A stretch of 64,000 nt of DNA from Macrostomum lignano (GCA_002269645.1 NIVC01003179.1:1-64000); one strand, 5' to 3'. Counted from the stretch's first letter, positions 49,145-61,360 are shown. Made by a program: numbers and translations. Notes: generated by a model from the letters alone, not told the origin.

Positions 49145-52100
49145 ATGTCGGCCTCTCAAATGCGCCAGCTGCCAGCTGCCACAGCTCGCATGCTCAGCAG
49201 CGGCCAGGTGATCCTCGGTCCCGAGTCCGTAGTCAAGGAGTTGATTGAGAACGCTCTGGACGCCGGGGCCACCAGAGTGGACGTCCGGCTAGACAGCTGC
49301 GGCCTGGATCGCCTCGAAGTGCTGGACAATGGCCGCGGCTTCTCCGCCAGCGATGCCGACTTGGTTGCTATGCGGCACTGCACATCCAAGCTGGCTGACG
49401 ATTCCGGGCTAGCCGACCTGGTCACCTACGGATTCCGGGGCGAGGCGCTCAACTCGCTGTGCACAGTTGGCCAGCTGAGCATGGCTACTCGGTGCCAGGG
49501 CGAGGAGCTCGGCAGGGAGTACGCATTCGATAAGTCTGGCCAGGTTGTGTCCCGGCGGGACGTTGCCATGCCAACCGGCACCCGGGTCACCGTCCGTCAG
49601 CTGTTCCACTGTCTGCCAGTTCGGCGCCAGCAGCTGCGCTCGGCTAAACGGCTGAGAGAAGCCCTGGCTAGCGTGGAAGCCGCCATTCGATCAGCCGCTC
49701 TGGCTAATCCTGGCGTACGTTTTGCGTTGCTTAGCGACGGCGAAGCGTTGCTAAGCCTGCCAGAGTGCGCCAGTCTGAATGATCGCGTCAGGCAGGTGCT
49801 CAGCTATGCCGTGTGGCAGCAGATGCAGCGGCTTGACTGTCAGATTAACAATGCAGTGGGCGGTCGGGTCGTTGCGTTTGTGCCAGCCAGCGGTGCTGAC
49901 AAGGCTATGCTGTTTCGGAATGGAGATCTGCATAGCTTCTTCATTGGTGAGTAAAATATTGATCATTTCAGTGTTAAACAGCTTGTGACCCGTTTTGAGA
50001 CCTTGATGATCCCTTTTCAGACCCTGATGACCCCTTTTCAGACCTTGATGACCCCTTTTCAGACTTTAATGACCCCTTTTAAGACCCTGATGACCCCTTT
50101 TCAGACCTTGATGACCCCTTTTCAGACCCTGATGACCCCTTTTCAGACCCTGATGACCCCTTTTCAGACCCTGATGACCCCTTTTCAGACTTTAATGACC
50201 CCTTTTAAGACCCTGATGACCCCTTTTCAGACCTTGATGACCCCTTTTCAGACCCTGATGACCCCTTTTCAGACCTTGATGACCCCTTTTCAGACCTTGA
50301 TGACCCCTTTTCAGACCTTGATGGCCCATTTTAAGACCTAATGAACCCTTTTGAGACCTTAATGACCCCTTTTCAGACCTTGATGACCCCTTTTCAGACC
50401 CTGATGACCCCTTTTCAGACCTTGATGACCCCTTTTCAGACCTTGATGACCCATTTTAAGACCTTAATGAACCCTTTTGAGACCTTAATGAGCCCTTTTT
50501 AGACCTTAAAGACCCCTTTGGAGACCTTAATGAGCCCTTTTCAGACCTTAATGAGCCCTTTTCAGACCTTGATGACCCCTTTTCAGACCTTGATGACCCC
50601 TTTTCTTCAGGCCTTGATGATCCCTTTTCGGACCTTGATGACCCATTTTTAGACCTTCATGACCCCTTTTGAGACCTTAATGACCCACTTTCGCAATTTG
50701 CAGTATGGATCACTCAAGTAAATCCCCTTAATGACCCCATTTTTCGACCTACCAGTCTTATTCACTTGAGTAACCTTGAGTCGCAAGATTAGCACAAGCC
50801 AATCTAGACACTTAAGCCTCTATCAATCAATGCACCTAGCTAGCATAACTGAAGATATTAAACAAATTAATTTGCAGTCAACAGACGCCCAGTACAGTCA
50901 GCTAAGCTCGTGAAAATGATTCGTTCTACAATCTCCTCTGCATTCGGCGTGCCAACCAAGCTGCCCGTGTGCGTTCTGTCAATTGAACTGCCAGCAGATG
51001 CTCTCGATGTGAACTTGAACGCAGCCAAGACTCAAATAGGCCTAGCTAATGAAGCCGCTGTGCTAGAATCTATTAGAACTATGCTATTGGATACTGTGCC
51101 AAATCAATCGTTAGCTACCGTGTCGAATACTGTTGCTACTACTGCAGACATAGTAGTTGCTAATAATAATAATGCTCCTGATTCAATTGTTAGTAATGCC
51201 AACAACAAGGATGTCAGAGCTGATGCTGCTGGTGCAGCTGCTGAGAGCCACTTGCCGACATCTCCGGTGGCTCCATCTGCGGAATCGCCTGATCAAACTG
51301 AGCAGCAGCAGCATCAAATACGAATTTCCACATCAAATACGAGGTCCACACGAATGCGGAGGAAGCGCTGAAGGTGTGGGAGTGGTGGAAGAGGAAACCA
51401 CCGGAAAACTGCTAGACATCAGCAACAACAACAACAACAACAGCAACAGCAGCAGCAGCCTCAGCAACAACAGCAGCAACAGCAACAGCATCAACAGCAG
51501 CAGCATCAACAGCAGCAGCAGCAGCAACAACAGCAGCATCAGCAGCAACAACAACAGCAGCATCAGCAACAGCATCAACAGCAGCAGCATCAACAGCAGC
51601 AGAATCAGCAGCATCAGCAACAGCAGCAGCAGCAGCCGATGCCGTCTGCAGTTGATATTTTTGACCCAACTGCTGTTGCGATGCAAGGAGGCGGTGGCGG
51701 GGCAGACCTGATGCAGCAGCTTATCGACCTAACCGCGATAGACGACAACAGCAGAGAAGACAGTTCAGTGGCAGATCATCTGGCCGAGTCCCCGGTGCCA
51801 AGACGCCGACTCCAACCGGATTTGGAAGCTGCTCCACTCGGCGACAAGCCGCGATCGGCGAAGCGGCCGAGACCCGAGCCGGCTGATCAAGCGAGTGACG
51901 TCGCAGCTCCGCCGCCAGCGATGCCGACCTACTCGGATCTGGCCTCGATTCACAGGCGACGCTGCCGACTGCCAGCTCGGTGCAGTGCAGACCGGCTCAG
52001 CCAGCTGTTTGAGTCGCTGCAAGCAGCTGATGCATTTTGCTACAGCATTAGTGCCATTTACCCATCCGCAGTTCGGTATGTTGGCCAGCTGGCTGACTAC

Positions 52101-52262
52101 GGCTTCGTGATTGGCGTTGACTCAACTGGGGCGCTGTACGCTTTTAGAGCTGCCTCATCAACTGATGCTGGACAGGCTGATAATACAGCTGTTTATACTC
52201 GTATGCAAGAACAGATTAACAATGGTAAAGGGAAACTCTTGACTAGGCTAGCTAGTGAGTGA
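49145..52262 (+). CDS. PMS1: PMS1 mismatch-repair protein (MutL family)
   Basis: MRQLPAATARMLSSGQVI..VVKELIENALDAGA..DNGRG..HCTSKL..TYGFRGEAL. Exon 1 ends at 49946 (G|GTGAGT) and exon 2 starts at 50878, restoring FIVNRRPV. In-frame TGA at 51369-71, then a polyQ/H tract; the 3' end is uncertain. Confidence 0.88.
49985..50690. repeat. 21-bp minisatellite in PMS1 intron 1
   Basis: GACCTTGATGACCCCTTTTCA units, about 33 copies. Confidence 0.97.
51418..51635 (+). repeat. CAG/CAA/CAT trinucleotide tract (polyQ/H in the PMS1 frame)
   Basis: In frame with both flanking PMS1 ORF segments. Confidence 0.85.
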
Positions 52263-52719
52263 CTACCAGTTGGAACTTTTGAACCTTCTGTAAGTAGTAC
52301 GTGCGGATCTGTAGCAAATCTGTAGCAGAAACGAACCCAGAGTGCGGGACCTCCTCTCCTTGGTAGTCCTGTTATTTACAGCCATACAAGTAGTCATTTC
52401 TTAGTGTTGCATTTGCAAACAGTTAATTAACCTGCTATTGCTATATTAATCGTGTTTATTGAACGTGCTGGCATTTCGTGGTTGCTATCGCCTTTCTACA
52501 ATATTCGTTAGTCGTAATTAAAACTCACCTTGGCCTTCTATTGATCTGTAATCTGTCTACAAATCCATGTTTGTCATCAATTATAATTATCATCAATAAA
52601 TTATGCACTTTATGATTGCCATTTGGGCGGTTTGCTCTCATAATTTGATATTTTCAACTTAAATAAAAGTACACGTATTGACGATTTTTCTATTGTGTTC
52701 AAGTGTTTAAGCGACATTG

Positions 52720-52985
52720 TCAGTCGCTCGCGAAATGCATTTACTCACCATTCCGCCGACTCCCCTGAGCAGGCACACAAGCGCGCGGATACGTACGCAG
52801 TCATACGCACAGGCACACACTCACACAGGACAGGAGTGTACAGCGGCCATAAATTTATTTATCGTTAGGCATGTACACTTCACTGTGCCTTGGGGGTTGG
52901 CCCTCAAGGAAAATTGAAATAAAAGCAGAGCCAAGATTTGGAATCGAACCTGGGCCGCTGGTGACAGACTACTAGGCTATGCCCC
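52720..52985 (-). mobile_element. SINE family A copy
   Basis: Minus strand: A box TAGCCTAGTAG (52979-52969), B box GGTTCGATTCC (52950-52940), then body GGCCAACCCCCAAGGCAC..GTGTACATGCCTAACGA. Confidence 0.75.
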
Positions 52986-53765
52986 CCCCCATTTTTTCAG
53001 TCTATGCTAACCTGTAGAGTTCTTAACGTGAAACTGACGCTCGTATTTTAAGCGCGATTAAGCTACTTATATTCCATTTCCAAGTAGTACATGCGCGTGC
53101 AAAAAATTATTTAAAAGCTAATTATTTCACAATGGCACCTGATCAGTAATTAATATAGAAATTCTGCAGTATTCGCAAACCATGCAGGTAGTACAAATTC
53201 CACTATGGAATGGGAAATAACATGTAACAAACCACTGTGTTGGGTAAACGAAGTTATAAAATCAATGAGTATTGACTGCCAAAGACCCGATATAGCGTAC
53301 AGAAAGAAGCTTATCGTGCCTACTGAAAGTAGGCTAGCTAGAATCGTATTTAAATGTGTTAAAATGTGTCATCCAGAAATTTTGCTCTACAAATTTAAAC
53401 TTGGCAGTTTGCATCCCAGCTGACAGCCTAGATAATTTCCCTTTGCGATTATTGTTTTTTTACTTTGATCCCTATCAAGCAACTTATTCTGCAAAAATGG
53501 CCCATTTTACAGATCTGGCTTGAAGCGGCTTGTAGGGGTGACTCATATTTTGTTAAGTAAGATATACATTCATGCTTTTTGTTCTGACTAATTATACCAA
53601 TAATACATCGTAAATTATAGAGAACATGAACTTTAGTACGGATGACCTGATAAAAATAAAAAGAATGACTAAGGATCGTTACTCCCGGGCCTCCGGCTGT
53701 AACATGTAACCTGCTCAGTAACTTGTTAACACTGCCACCGCTATAGACTGTTATGACTGCTGCTG

Positions 53766-54284
53766 TCAGTTTTGCTCCTGCGTTGGCGGCGGCACAACCA
53801 CCATCGGTTTGTGCGAGTGGTGCAGCACATAGTCGCTAACGGAGCCGAGCACCGTTCTGCGGACGAGGCCGGAGCCCCGGCTGCCGATAACGATAAGGTC
53901 GACTGACTCCTCCTCGGCCACAGCGGCTATCACCGGCCCAGCGCTGCGGCCGAGGCGCTCCAGGAATCGCAGGTTATTTCTATCCCGCTCGAGGTCTGGG
54001 CTGCAGATGCCCAACTCTACACAGATATTCCGCGTTACCTCGGCCAGCTGCCTGGCCTCGGACATGGCCCGGTTGATGACCGCAGTGTAGTTCTCGGCCA
54101 CCGCCATGCCGGCCATGCCGAAGCCAAGCGCCAGTTCGGGCGGCTCGGTCACGTTGACAAGAACGACCGCGTCATCGGGCCGGTGCAGCTTCTCGGCGTA
54201 CCAGCGCAGAGCCCGCTCGCTGTGCCGGCTGCCGTCGATGGCGATGAGCACAACTCGACCGTTGATCGGCCTGTTCGACTCCAT
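53766..54284 (-). CDS. Universal stress protein A-like protein
   Basis: RVVLIAIDGSRHSERALRWY, VVLVNV, G..G..I...AEE..VDLIVIGSRGSGLVRRTVLGSVSDYVLHHSHKPMVVVP. Intronless, 172 aa. Confidence 0.95.
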   Translation of the reverse strand: MESNRPINGRVVLIAIDGSRHSERALRWYAEKLHRPDDAVVLVNVTEPPELALGFGMAGMAVAENYTAVINRAMSEARQLAEVTRNICVELGICSPDLERDRNNLRFLERLGRSAGPVIAAVAEEESVDLIVIGSRGSGLVRRTVLGSVSDYVLHHSHKPMVVVPPPTQEQN

Positions 54285-54709
54285 TGCTCGGCCAGTGTTT
54301 GAATAATTTCCAGCTCAGTCTAAAGCAAATAACTGCAGTCAAATTTTCTTTTTTTATATACAACGAAATCCAACATCCGGCATTCTAGCTCAATTGGAAA
54401 TCGATTGCATCAAAATAGTCAACATCCTGCTGTTTAGATCTGTATCTATCTAGATCTAGATCTATATGTTTAGAACATTTATCACTGGGATTGGCTAGTC
54501 CGGATACATTTTGAGGGCGCAATTTTCGGCTAATTTTCATAACTAGCTCGTATGCATTGAACTTACTTATTTAACCTACGAGTGGCAAATTAACGGTTTA
54601 ACCTACACTTTAAATTTTACCTTATCTTAATCTGAGGCAAGGCCACTTGGCCACTAAGCTCAGATAATTTTATGAGTTTTATTACAGTAATAAAATCCAC
54701 GACAAGAAG

Positions 54710-55945
54710 GGGTGGCAGACCATTAATGACTGGAAGGGGTTGGCAGACCAATGACCGGAGGGGGTGGCAGATTACCAATGACTGGAGGGGGTGGCAGATC
54801 ACCAATGACTGGAGGGGGTGGCAGATCACCAATGACTGGAGGGGGTGGCAGATCACCAATGACTGGAGGGGGTGGCAGATCACGAATGACTGGAGGGGGT
54901 GGGAGATCACGAATGACTGGAGGGGTGGCAGATCACGAATGACTGGAGGGGTGGCAGATCACCAATGACTGGAGGGGGTGGGAGATCACCAATGACTGGA
55001 GGGGGTGGGAGATCACGAATGACTGGAGGGGGTGGGAGATCACGAATGACTGGAGGGGGTGGCAGATCACAAATGACTGGAGGGGGTGGCAGATCACCAA
55101 TGACTGGAGAGGTGGCAGACCAATGACTGGAGAGGGTGGCAGATCACAAATGACCGGAGGGGTGGCAGATCACAAATGACTGGAGGGGGTGGCAGATCAC
55201 AAGTGACTGGAGAGGTGGCAGACCAATGACTGGAGAGGGTGGCAGATCACAAATGACCGGAGGGGTGGCAGACCAATGACCGGAGGGGGTGGCAGATTAC
55301 CAATGACTGGAGGGGGTGGCAGATCACCAATGACTGGAGGGGGTGGCAGATCACCAATGACTGGAGGGGGTGGCAGATCACCAATGACTGGAGGGGGTGG
55401 CAGATCACGAATGACTGGAGGGGGTGGGAGATCACGAATGACTGGAGGGGTGGCAGATCACGAATGACTGGAGGGGTGGCAGATCACCAATGACTGGAGG
55501 GGGTGGGAGATCACCAATGACTGGAGGGGTGGGAGATCACGAATGACTGGAGGGGGTGGGAGATCACGAATGACTGGAGGGGGTGGCAGATCACAAATGA
55601 CTGGAGGGGGTGGCAGATCACCAATGACTGGAGAGGTGGCAGACCAATGACTGGAGAGGGTGGCAGATCACAAATGACCGGAGGGGTGGCAGATCACAAA
55701 TGACTGGAGGGGGTGGCAGATCACAAGTGACTGGAGAGGTGGCAGACCAATGACTGGAGAGGGTGGCAGATCACAAATGACCGGAGGGGTGGCAGACCAA
55801 TTACTGGAGAGGGTGGCAGATCACAAATGACTGGAGGGGGTGGCAGATCACCAATGACTGGAGGGGGTGGCAGATCACCAATAACCGGAGGGGTGGCAGA
55901 TCACCAATGACTGGAGGGGTGGCAGACCAATAACCGGAAGGGTGG
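54710..55945. repeat. ~25-bp G-rich minisatellite
   Basis: GATCACCAATGACTGGAGGGGGTGGCA-like units with variable G-run length. Confidence 0.97.
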
Positions 55946-56790
55946 CAGTCGCAGACCACCAGCGAGCAGGATGAGATCAAACAGTCCAAAAAATGAACAC
56001 ACCAAACAAACAGATTTGATAGAATTTTCTGTCTCAGAATAGAGGTGAAAAACGCACCTTGCCTTTCAAAACCGGATGTTAAATAACCAACTTAATATTA
56101 TAGCTGTCAGGCAAGGGATAATTCAAGAGACTTATATTTTAAAAGGAGCTTACTTCCAAAAATTTGTTAAGTTGAGAAACAGTAAGAAAAAAAACAAAAA
56201 AACTGAGAAACTGTAGCGGTACAAACGGACAATTCTCTCTCACATAACCAGCCAGATTGCAACCATCAGTCGATTAACAAGCAGTTAAATTAACAAAACA
56301 CACAACGGTTTCCCATATGATTATAACAATAATAACACTAATAATAATAATAATACGCTCGTAGTAATCTAAATATTAAATAACACCCAAGTCAAAGTAC
56401 TATTGCTAAAGGGTATTAACTTTTTGAAGGATGCTATAAATAGATTTAGTATAATAATATTAATTTCTCTTTGCGAACAAATTCATGCATAGTGTATTAT
56501 CATCCAAATGTTAATAGTTTAAACTCAGCTGATTCAATACTAGTAAACGCGCGGAATTAAACTTTTTACTAATATTATTAATAACAGTTTGGGATTGAGT
56601 TAACGCAAATAACAGCGACAATAAAGATATTACTTGTAGTAGTACTGGATGCTCAAGCAAGAGGTCGGGTTAATAAATTCAGCCAATAACAAAATTTGAA
56701 AAACTGTCTGACTCCCCAAAAAACGTTAGATTTTCTCCATCATCTTAAGCCGTTGAAGACGCCTTGCCCCTAATCGATTCTTTCCCGCCT

Positions 56791-59700
56791 TCAAGACATG
56801 GCCTTCACAGTCTTGTACTTGCGTCTTGGATCCATGGCTGCAGCGAGAATGCGAGAATACAAATTATTAACTATTGTCAACTCAACAAAAAATTGAGCAC
56901 CTCTTAGATTATAGCAATTCTTTGTTTCACTCACCAGGAAAGCTGACGTAGGGCCAACCTGAAAAAAGGAAAAAAAATAGCGAAAGATAAACACACTGCA
57001 TTACTTTGAACGCGCACACAGGAGTGCACAGCGGCCCTTTGACTTTATATTCGTCAGGCATGTGCACTCCGTGTATTGGTGGGTTGGCCCTAACCCTAAC
57101 CAGGAGGGGGGTCGCAGTGCGAGAGATCCGTGTATTGGTGGGTTGGCCCTAACCCTAACCAGGAGGGGGGTCGCAGTGCGAGAGATCCGTGTATTGGTGG
57201 GTTGGCCCTTACCCTAACCAGGAGGGGGGGGGTCGCAGCGCGAGAGATCCGTGTATTGGTGGGTTGGCCCTAACCCTAACCAGGAGGGGGTCGCAGTGCG
57301 AGAGATCCGTGTATTGGTGGGTTGGCCCTAACCCTAACCAGGAGGGGGGGGGTCGCAGCGCGAGAGATCCGTGTATTGGTGGGTTGGCCCTAACCCTAAC
57401 CAGGAGGGGGGTCGCAGTGCGAGAGATCCGTGTATTGGTGGGTTGGCCCTAACCCTAACCAGGAGGGGGGTCGCAGTGCGAGAGATCCGTGTATTGGTGG
57501 GTTGGCCCTAACCCTAACCAGGAGGGGGGGGGGTCGCAGCGCGAGAGATCCGTGTATTGGTGGGTTGGCCCTAACCCTAACCAGGAGGGGGGTCGCAGTG
57601 CGAGAGATCCGTGTATTGGTGGGTTGGCCCTAACCCTAACCAGGAGGGGGGTCGCAGTGCGAGAGATCCGTGTATTGGTGGGTTGGCCCTAACCCTAACC
57701 AGGAGGGGGGGGGTCGCAGCGCGAGAGATCCGTGTATTGGTGGGTTGGCCCTTACCCTAACCAGGAGGGGGGGTCGCAGCGCGAGAGATCCGTGTATTGG
57801 TGGGTTGGCCCTCACCCTAACCAGGAGGGGGGGTCGCAGCGCGAGAGATCCGTGTATTGGTGGGTTGGCCCTAACCCTAACCAGGAGGGGGGTCGCAGTG
57901 CGAGAGATCCGTGTATTGGTGGGTTGGCCCTAACCCTAACCAGGAGGGGGGGGGTCGCAGCGCGAGAGATCCGTGTATTGGTGGGTTGGCCCTCACCCTA
58001 ACTAGGAGGGGGGTCGCAGCGCGAGAGATCCGTGTATTGGTGGGTTGGCCCTTACCCTAACCAGGAGGGGGGGGGTCGCAGCGCGAGAGATCCGTGTATT
58101 GGTGGGTTGGCCCTAACCCTAACCAGGAGGGGGGGTCGCAGCGCGAGAGATCCGTGTATTGGTGGGTTGGCCCTAACCCTAACCAGGAGGGGGGGGGTCG
58201 CAGCGCGAGAGATCCGTGTATTGGTGGGTTGGCCCTAACCCTAACCAGGAGGGGGGTCGCAGTGCGAGAGATCCGTGTATTGGTGGGTTGGCCCTAACCC
58301 TAACCAGGAGGGGAGGTCGCAGCGCGAGAGATCCGTGTATTGGTGGGTTGGCCCTAACCCTAACCAGGAGGGGAGGTCGCAGCGCGAGAGATCCGTGTAT
58401 TGGTGGGTTGGCCCTCACCCTAACCAGGAGGGGGGGAGGGGGGGGGTCGCAGCGAGAGAGAGACTATTTTCTCTTCCGGTCTTGTAGCCTAGTGGTTAGA
58501 GCGTCGGGGGTTCGATTCCTGACCCACTCAGAACAATTTGTGTCCTTTAGCAAGACAGTTAACTCTGCATTGCTTCAGTTCACCCAGCTGTAAAATGGGT
58601 GCCAGCATTAGCTGGGGTAATTGAGGGTGTGTGTGGCGACCCCCCAGTCCTTGGACCGAACAGCCGTACGCAGCCTTCAGATGCGCCGCGCAATGGCTGC
58701 GGCTGAGCAGTCGGTTGCACATCTGCCATTAGTGCAGGTGTAATAAATTATGATAACTATTATTTCTTCCGGCGAATTTTCCCTTCAGACTCACCCGGTG
58801 CAAAGTTGCCGTAACCGCCGGCACCAATAGGTGGATAATTCGGATACTGCGGGGGCGGCGGCATCTCCAATTGATGGCACTGGCGAAGCTTCTCGGCTAT
58901 GAAAGCCTCGGCTTGGCACATGCCGTCCAGGGAGCCGCGCACAGTGATGATGCGGTCCATGCTGAAGCTCTTGCCCATCGAGTCGAATGAGGTGATGGTC
59001 GGCGAGCTGGAATGGTGGGGTTGGTAAGGATTTGATCTTGACTGCTGCAGCATCCCAGACTGTAGTACCAGATGCCTATTGCAGCAGCCCAGACTGTAGT
59101 ACCAGATGCCTATTGCAGCAGCCCAGACTGTAGTACCAGATGCCTATTGCAGCAGCCCAGACTGTAGTACCAGATGCCTACTGCAGCAGCCCAGACTGTA
59201 GTACCAGATGCCTATTGCAGCAGCCCAGACTGTAGTACCAGATGCCTATTGCAGCATCCCAGACTGTAGTACCAGATGCCTATTGCAGCAGCCCAGACTG
59301 TAGTACCAGATGCCTATTGCAGCATCCCAGACTGTAGTACCAGATGCCTATTGCAGCATCCCAGACTGTAGTACCAGATGCCTATTGTAGCAGCCCAGAC
59401 TGTAGTACCAGATGCCTATTGCAGCAGCCCAGACTGTAGTACCAGATGCCTATTGCAGCAGCCCAGACTGTAGTACCAGATGCCTATTGCAGCATCCCAG
59501 ACTGTAGTACCAGATGCCTATTGCAGCAGCCCAGACTGTAGTACCAGATGCCTATTGCAGCATCCCAGACTGTAGTACCAGATGCCTATTGCAGCATCCC
59601 AGACTGTAGTACCAGATGCCTATTGTAGCAGCCCAGACTGTAGTACCAGATGCCTATTGCAGCACCCCAGACTGTAGTACCAGATGCCTATTGCAGCACA

Positions 59701-61360
59701 CCAGACTGTAGTACCAGATGCCTACTGCAGCACCCGACTGTACCACAAGACACGAGAAAGAAGCAAACTCACTTAGACAGCTGAATACTGGTTTTGGTTT
59801 TCTCGCGAATCGTGTTCAGATTTTTGCCATCCTTTCCGATAATTCTGCCGCAGAATCGGTCCTCAGCCAGAATGTTGAGTTCGGCATCTCTGACAGGTTG
59901 GGCAAATGTGGTTTAGAATTGCCCTTTAAAGCAGTCTAAAAGTAAGACAAAAACTCAATTAAAGAAATAAATTGGTCTATAGATCTTACTCCTTGGTTTT
60001 TTCCTTGGCCTCATTAACGCAGATGGTGAGAATCTCCTTACAGGCGGCGGAGCAGGCCTCAGGCGTGCCAGAAATGAATACGATCTGGACAATGCGTACA
60101 TTATTATTCAAATGCTGCGCTTTCGGTTGGATAAAATAAAGTAAAAGGCACAAAACAGACTACTGGCTAGTAGGATAAATAGGATGGCAACTTAAAGCAC
60201 CGAAACGGAGTAGAAGCTCCGGACATGAAATCCCATTTTATACCCTGGGCCTGGATGAGACGTCTTAACGTTTACGATATTCGTAGTCGGCTCAGAGCAA
60301 CTCAGTGTTGAAAGAGTCTGGACTCTCGCGCCACGACTCCTTGGTTCGATTCCGTGAGCGGCCGGCGACAATTATTTGGGGCTTGTGTGCATGAAAGATT
60401 CACAGCCATGACGGCCAAACCCCCAAGGCACACAGAGTGTACATGTCTGACGATTAGACAGTCAGGGCCGTTGTACACCCTGTGTGAGCGTGTGCATGAG
60501 TACGTGCCTGAGTACAGTATTGGCGAGCTTGTGTGCTCAGGAGTCAGTGGGAATGGGCAGAATCGCTTCAGCGCTGACCATAGGACCATGTCGCCGAAGG
60601 CGTTTCGCCAGGGTGCCCACAGCCCTACTGTTATAATCCGAAAGTTTTGCACTACGATCTGGCTCTATTCTGGTGCAATTTGCAGACTCTTGATGCTTTC
60701 CTGCATCAAAATGCATCCTGGATTTTTTGATGACATCTGCAAACCACATAAAAAAACCCCAAGTACCAAGGAAGCGGGCTTTACCTGACTATTTTGCACC
60801 TTTCTAGGCGGAATATTTTTAGTAACAACCTCGCGTTTAACGTCAATCCTGGCCTTGGAACGGTTAGTAATCTCTTTAATAGTTTCGCCGCCTTTGCCAA
60901 TGATGGCGCCAATCAGGTCGGAGTTAACCAGTATGCGGACCGGATAGAAGTCACGAACTTGCATTGGATTATTCAGTTGGGGCGCCTGAACTGGCGGGCC
61001 GCTTCGGCGCTGACTTGGCGCATTGTTGCCATTTTCGCGCCTCTGGTTGGCAGAGTCGTTGTTAAGAGTGAGCTTGGAGCCTTGGAACTCCGCACCATTT
61101 ACTTCCGCCACGGCCTTGTTGGCAACATCAACAGTCTCCATGGAAACGACAAGGATGCCATCTTGATAATTGTGCGGCTCGATTTTAAGAACTTTGCCAA
61201 ACTTGGCAAACATTGCTTCTAAATCTTTGTCTTCTTGCTTGCCGCTGGCTCCAGTGGCACGAATTCTGTGACTTTTTTTTACATTGGCGCTGCCACCACT
61301 CTGTGGACTAGACTGGCCTCCATTGGCTGCCGCCGCTGATGTTTCCTTCTCGTTGGACAT
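56791..61360 (-). CDS. IGF2BP/IMP-like RNA-binding protein (RRM + two KH domains), 6 exons
   Basis: Exons 61360-60785, 60084-59990, 59889-59773, 59036-58795, 56958-56935 and 56837-56791 join in phase. KH1: PVRILVNSDLIGAIIGKGGETIKEIT..SKARIDV..ISGTPEACSAACKEIL. KH2: LNILAEDRFCGRIIGKDGKNL..DRIITVRGSLDGMCQAE. The last two exons are less certain. Confidence 0.82.
57005..57095 (-). mobile_element. SINE family A body fragment adjoining the satellite
   Basis: Minus strand GGCCAACCCACCAATACACGGAGTGCACATGCCTGACGA..GGCCGCTGTGCACTCCTGTGTG matches the family body. Confidence 0.7.
57069..58458. repeat. ~60-bp satellite (~23 copies) containing CCCTAACCCTAA
   Basis: Unit CCGTGTATTGGTGGGTTGGCCCTAACCCTAACCAGGAG(G)nTCGCAG(C/T)GCGAGAGAT. 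Confidence 0.97.
58476..58690 (+). mobile_element. tRNA-derived SINE, family B
   Basis: A box TAGCCTAGTGG (58485), B box GGTTCGATTCC (58509). The central block GTGTCCTTTAGCAAGACAGTTAAC..CACCCAGCTGTAAAATGGGTGCC resembles conserved invertebrate SINE core domains. Confidence 0.75.
59044..59735. repeat. 34-bp tandem repeat (~20 copies) in an IMP-like gene intron
   Basis: CCCAGACTGTAGTACCAGATGCCTATTGCAGCAG unit. Confidence 0.97.
60285..60630 (+). mobile_element. SINE family A, most complete copy
   Basis: tRNA-like head with B box GGTTCGATTCC (60343-60353), body GGCCAAACCCCCAAGGCACACAGAGTGTACATGTCTGACGA, tail TCGCCGAAGGCGTTTCGCCAGGGTGCCCAC. Confidence 0.8.

Noticed and set aside
51369-51371. Selenocysteine reading of the PMS1 TGA
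   Set aside because: The position is a disordered basic linker, MutL proteins are not known selenoproteins, and no SECIS was seen.
53670-53730. Twister- or SECIS-like structure in the USP 3' flank (GTTACT..AGTAAC stem)
   Set aside because: It lacks the twister UCCC/GGG pseudoknot and the SECIS quartet, and USP has no in-frame UGA.
57069-59735. CRISPR-like appearance of the 60-bp and 34-bp arrays
   Set aside because: The units are head-to-tail with no unique spacers, there are no cas genes, and the context is eukaryotic introns.
60437-60470. Hammerhead core suggested by CTGACGA in SINE-A copies
   Set aside because: There is no conserved stem II followed by GAAA across copies.
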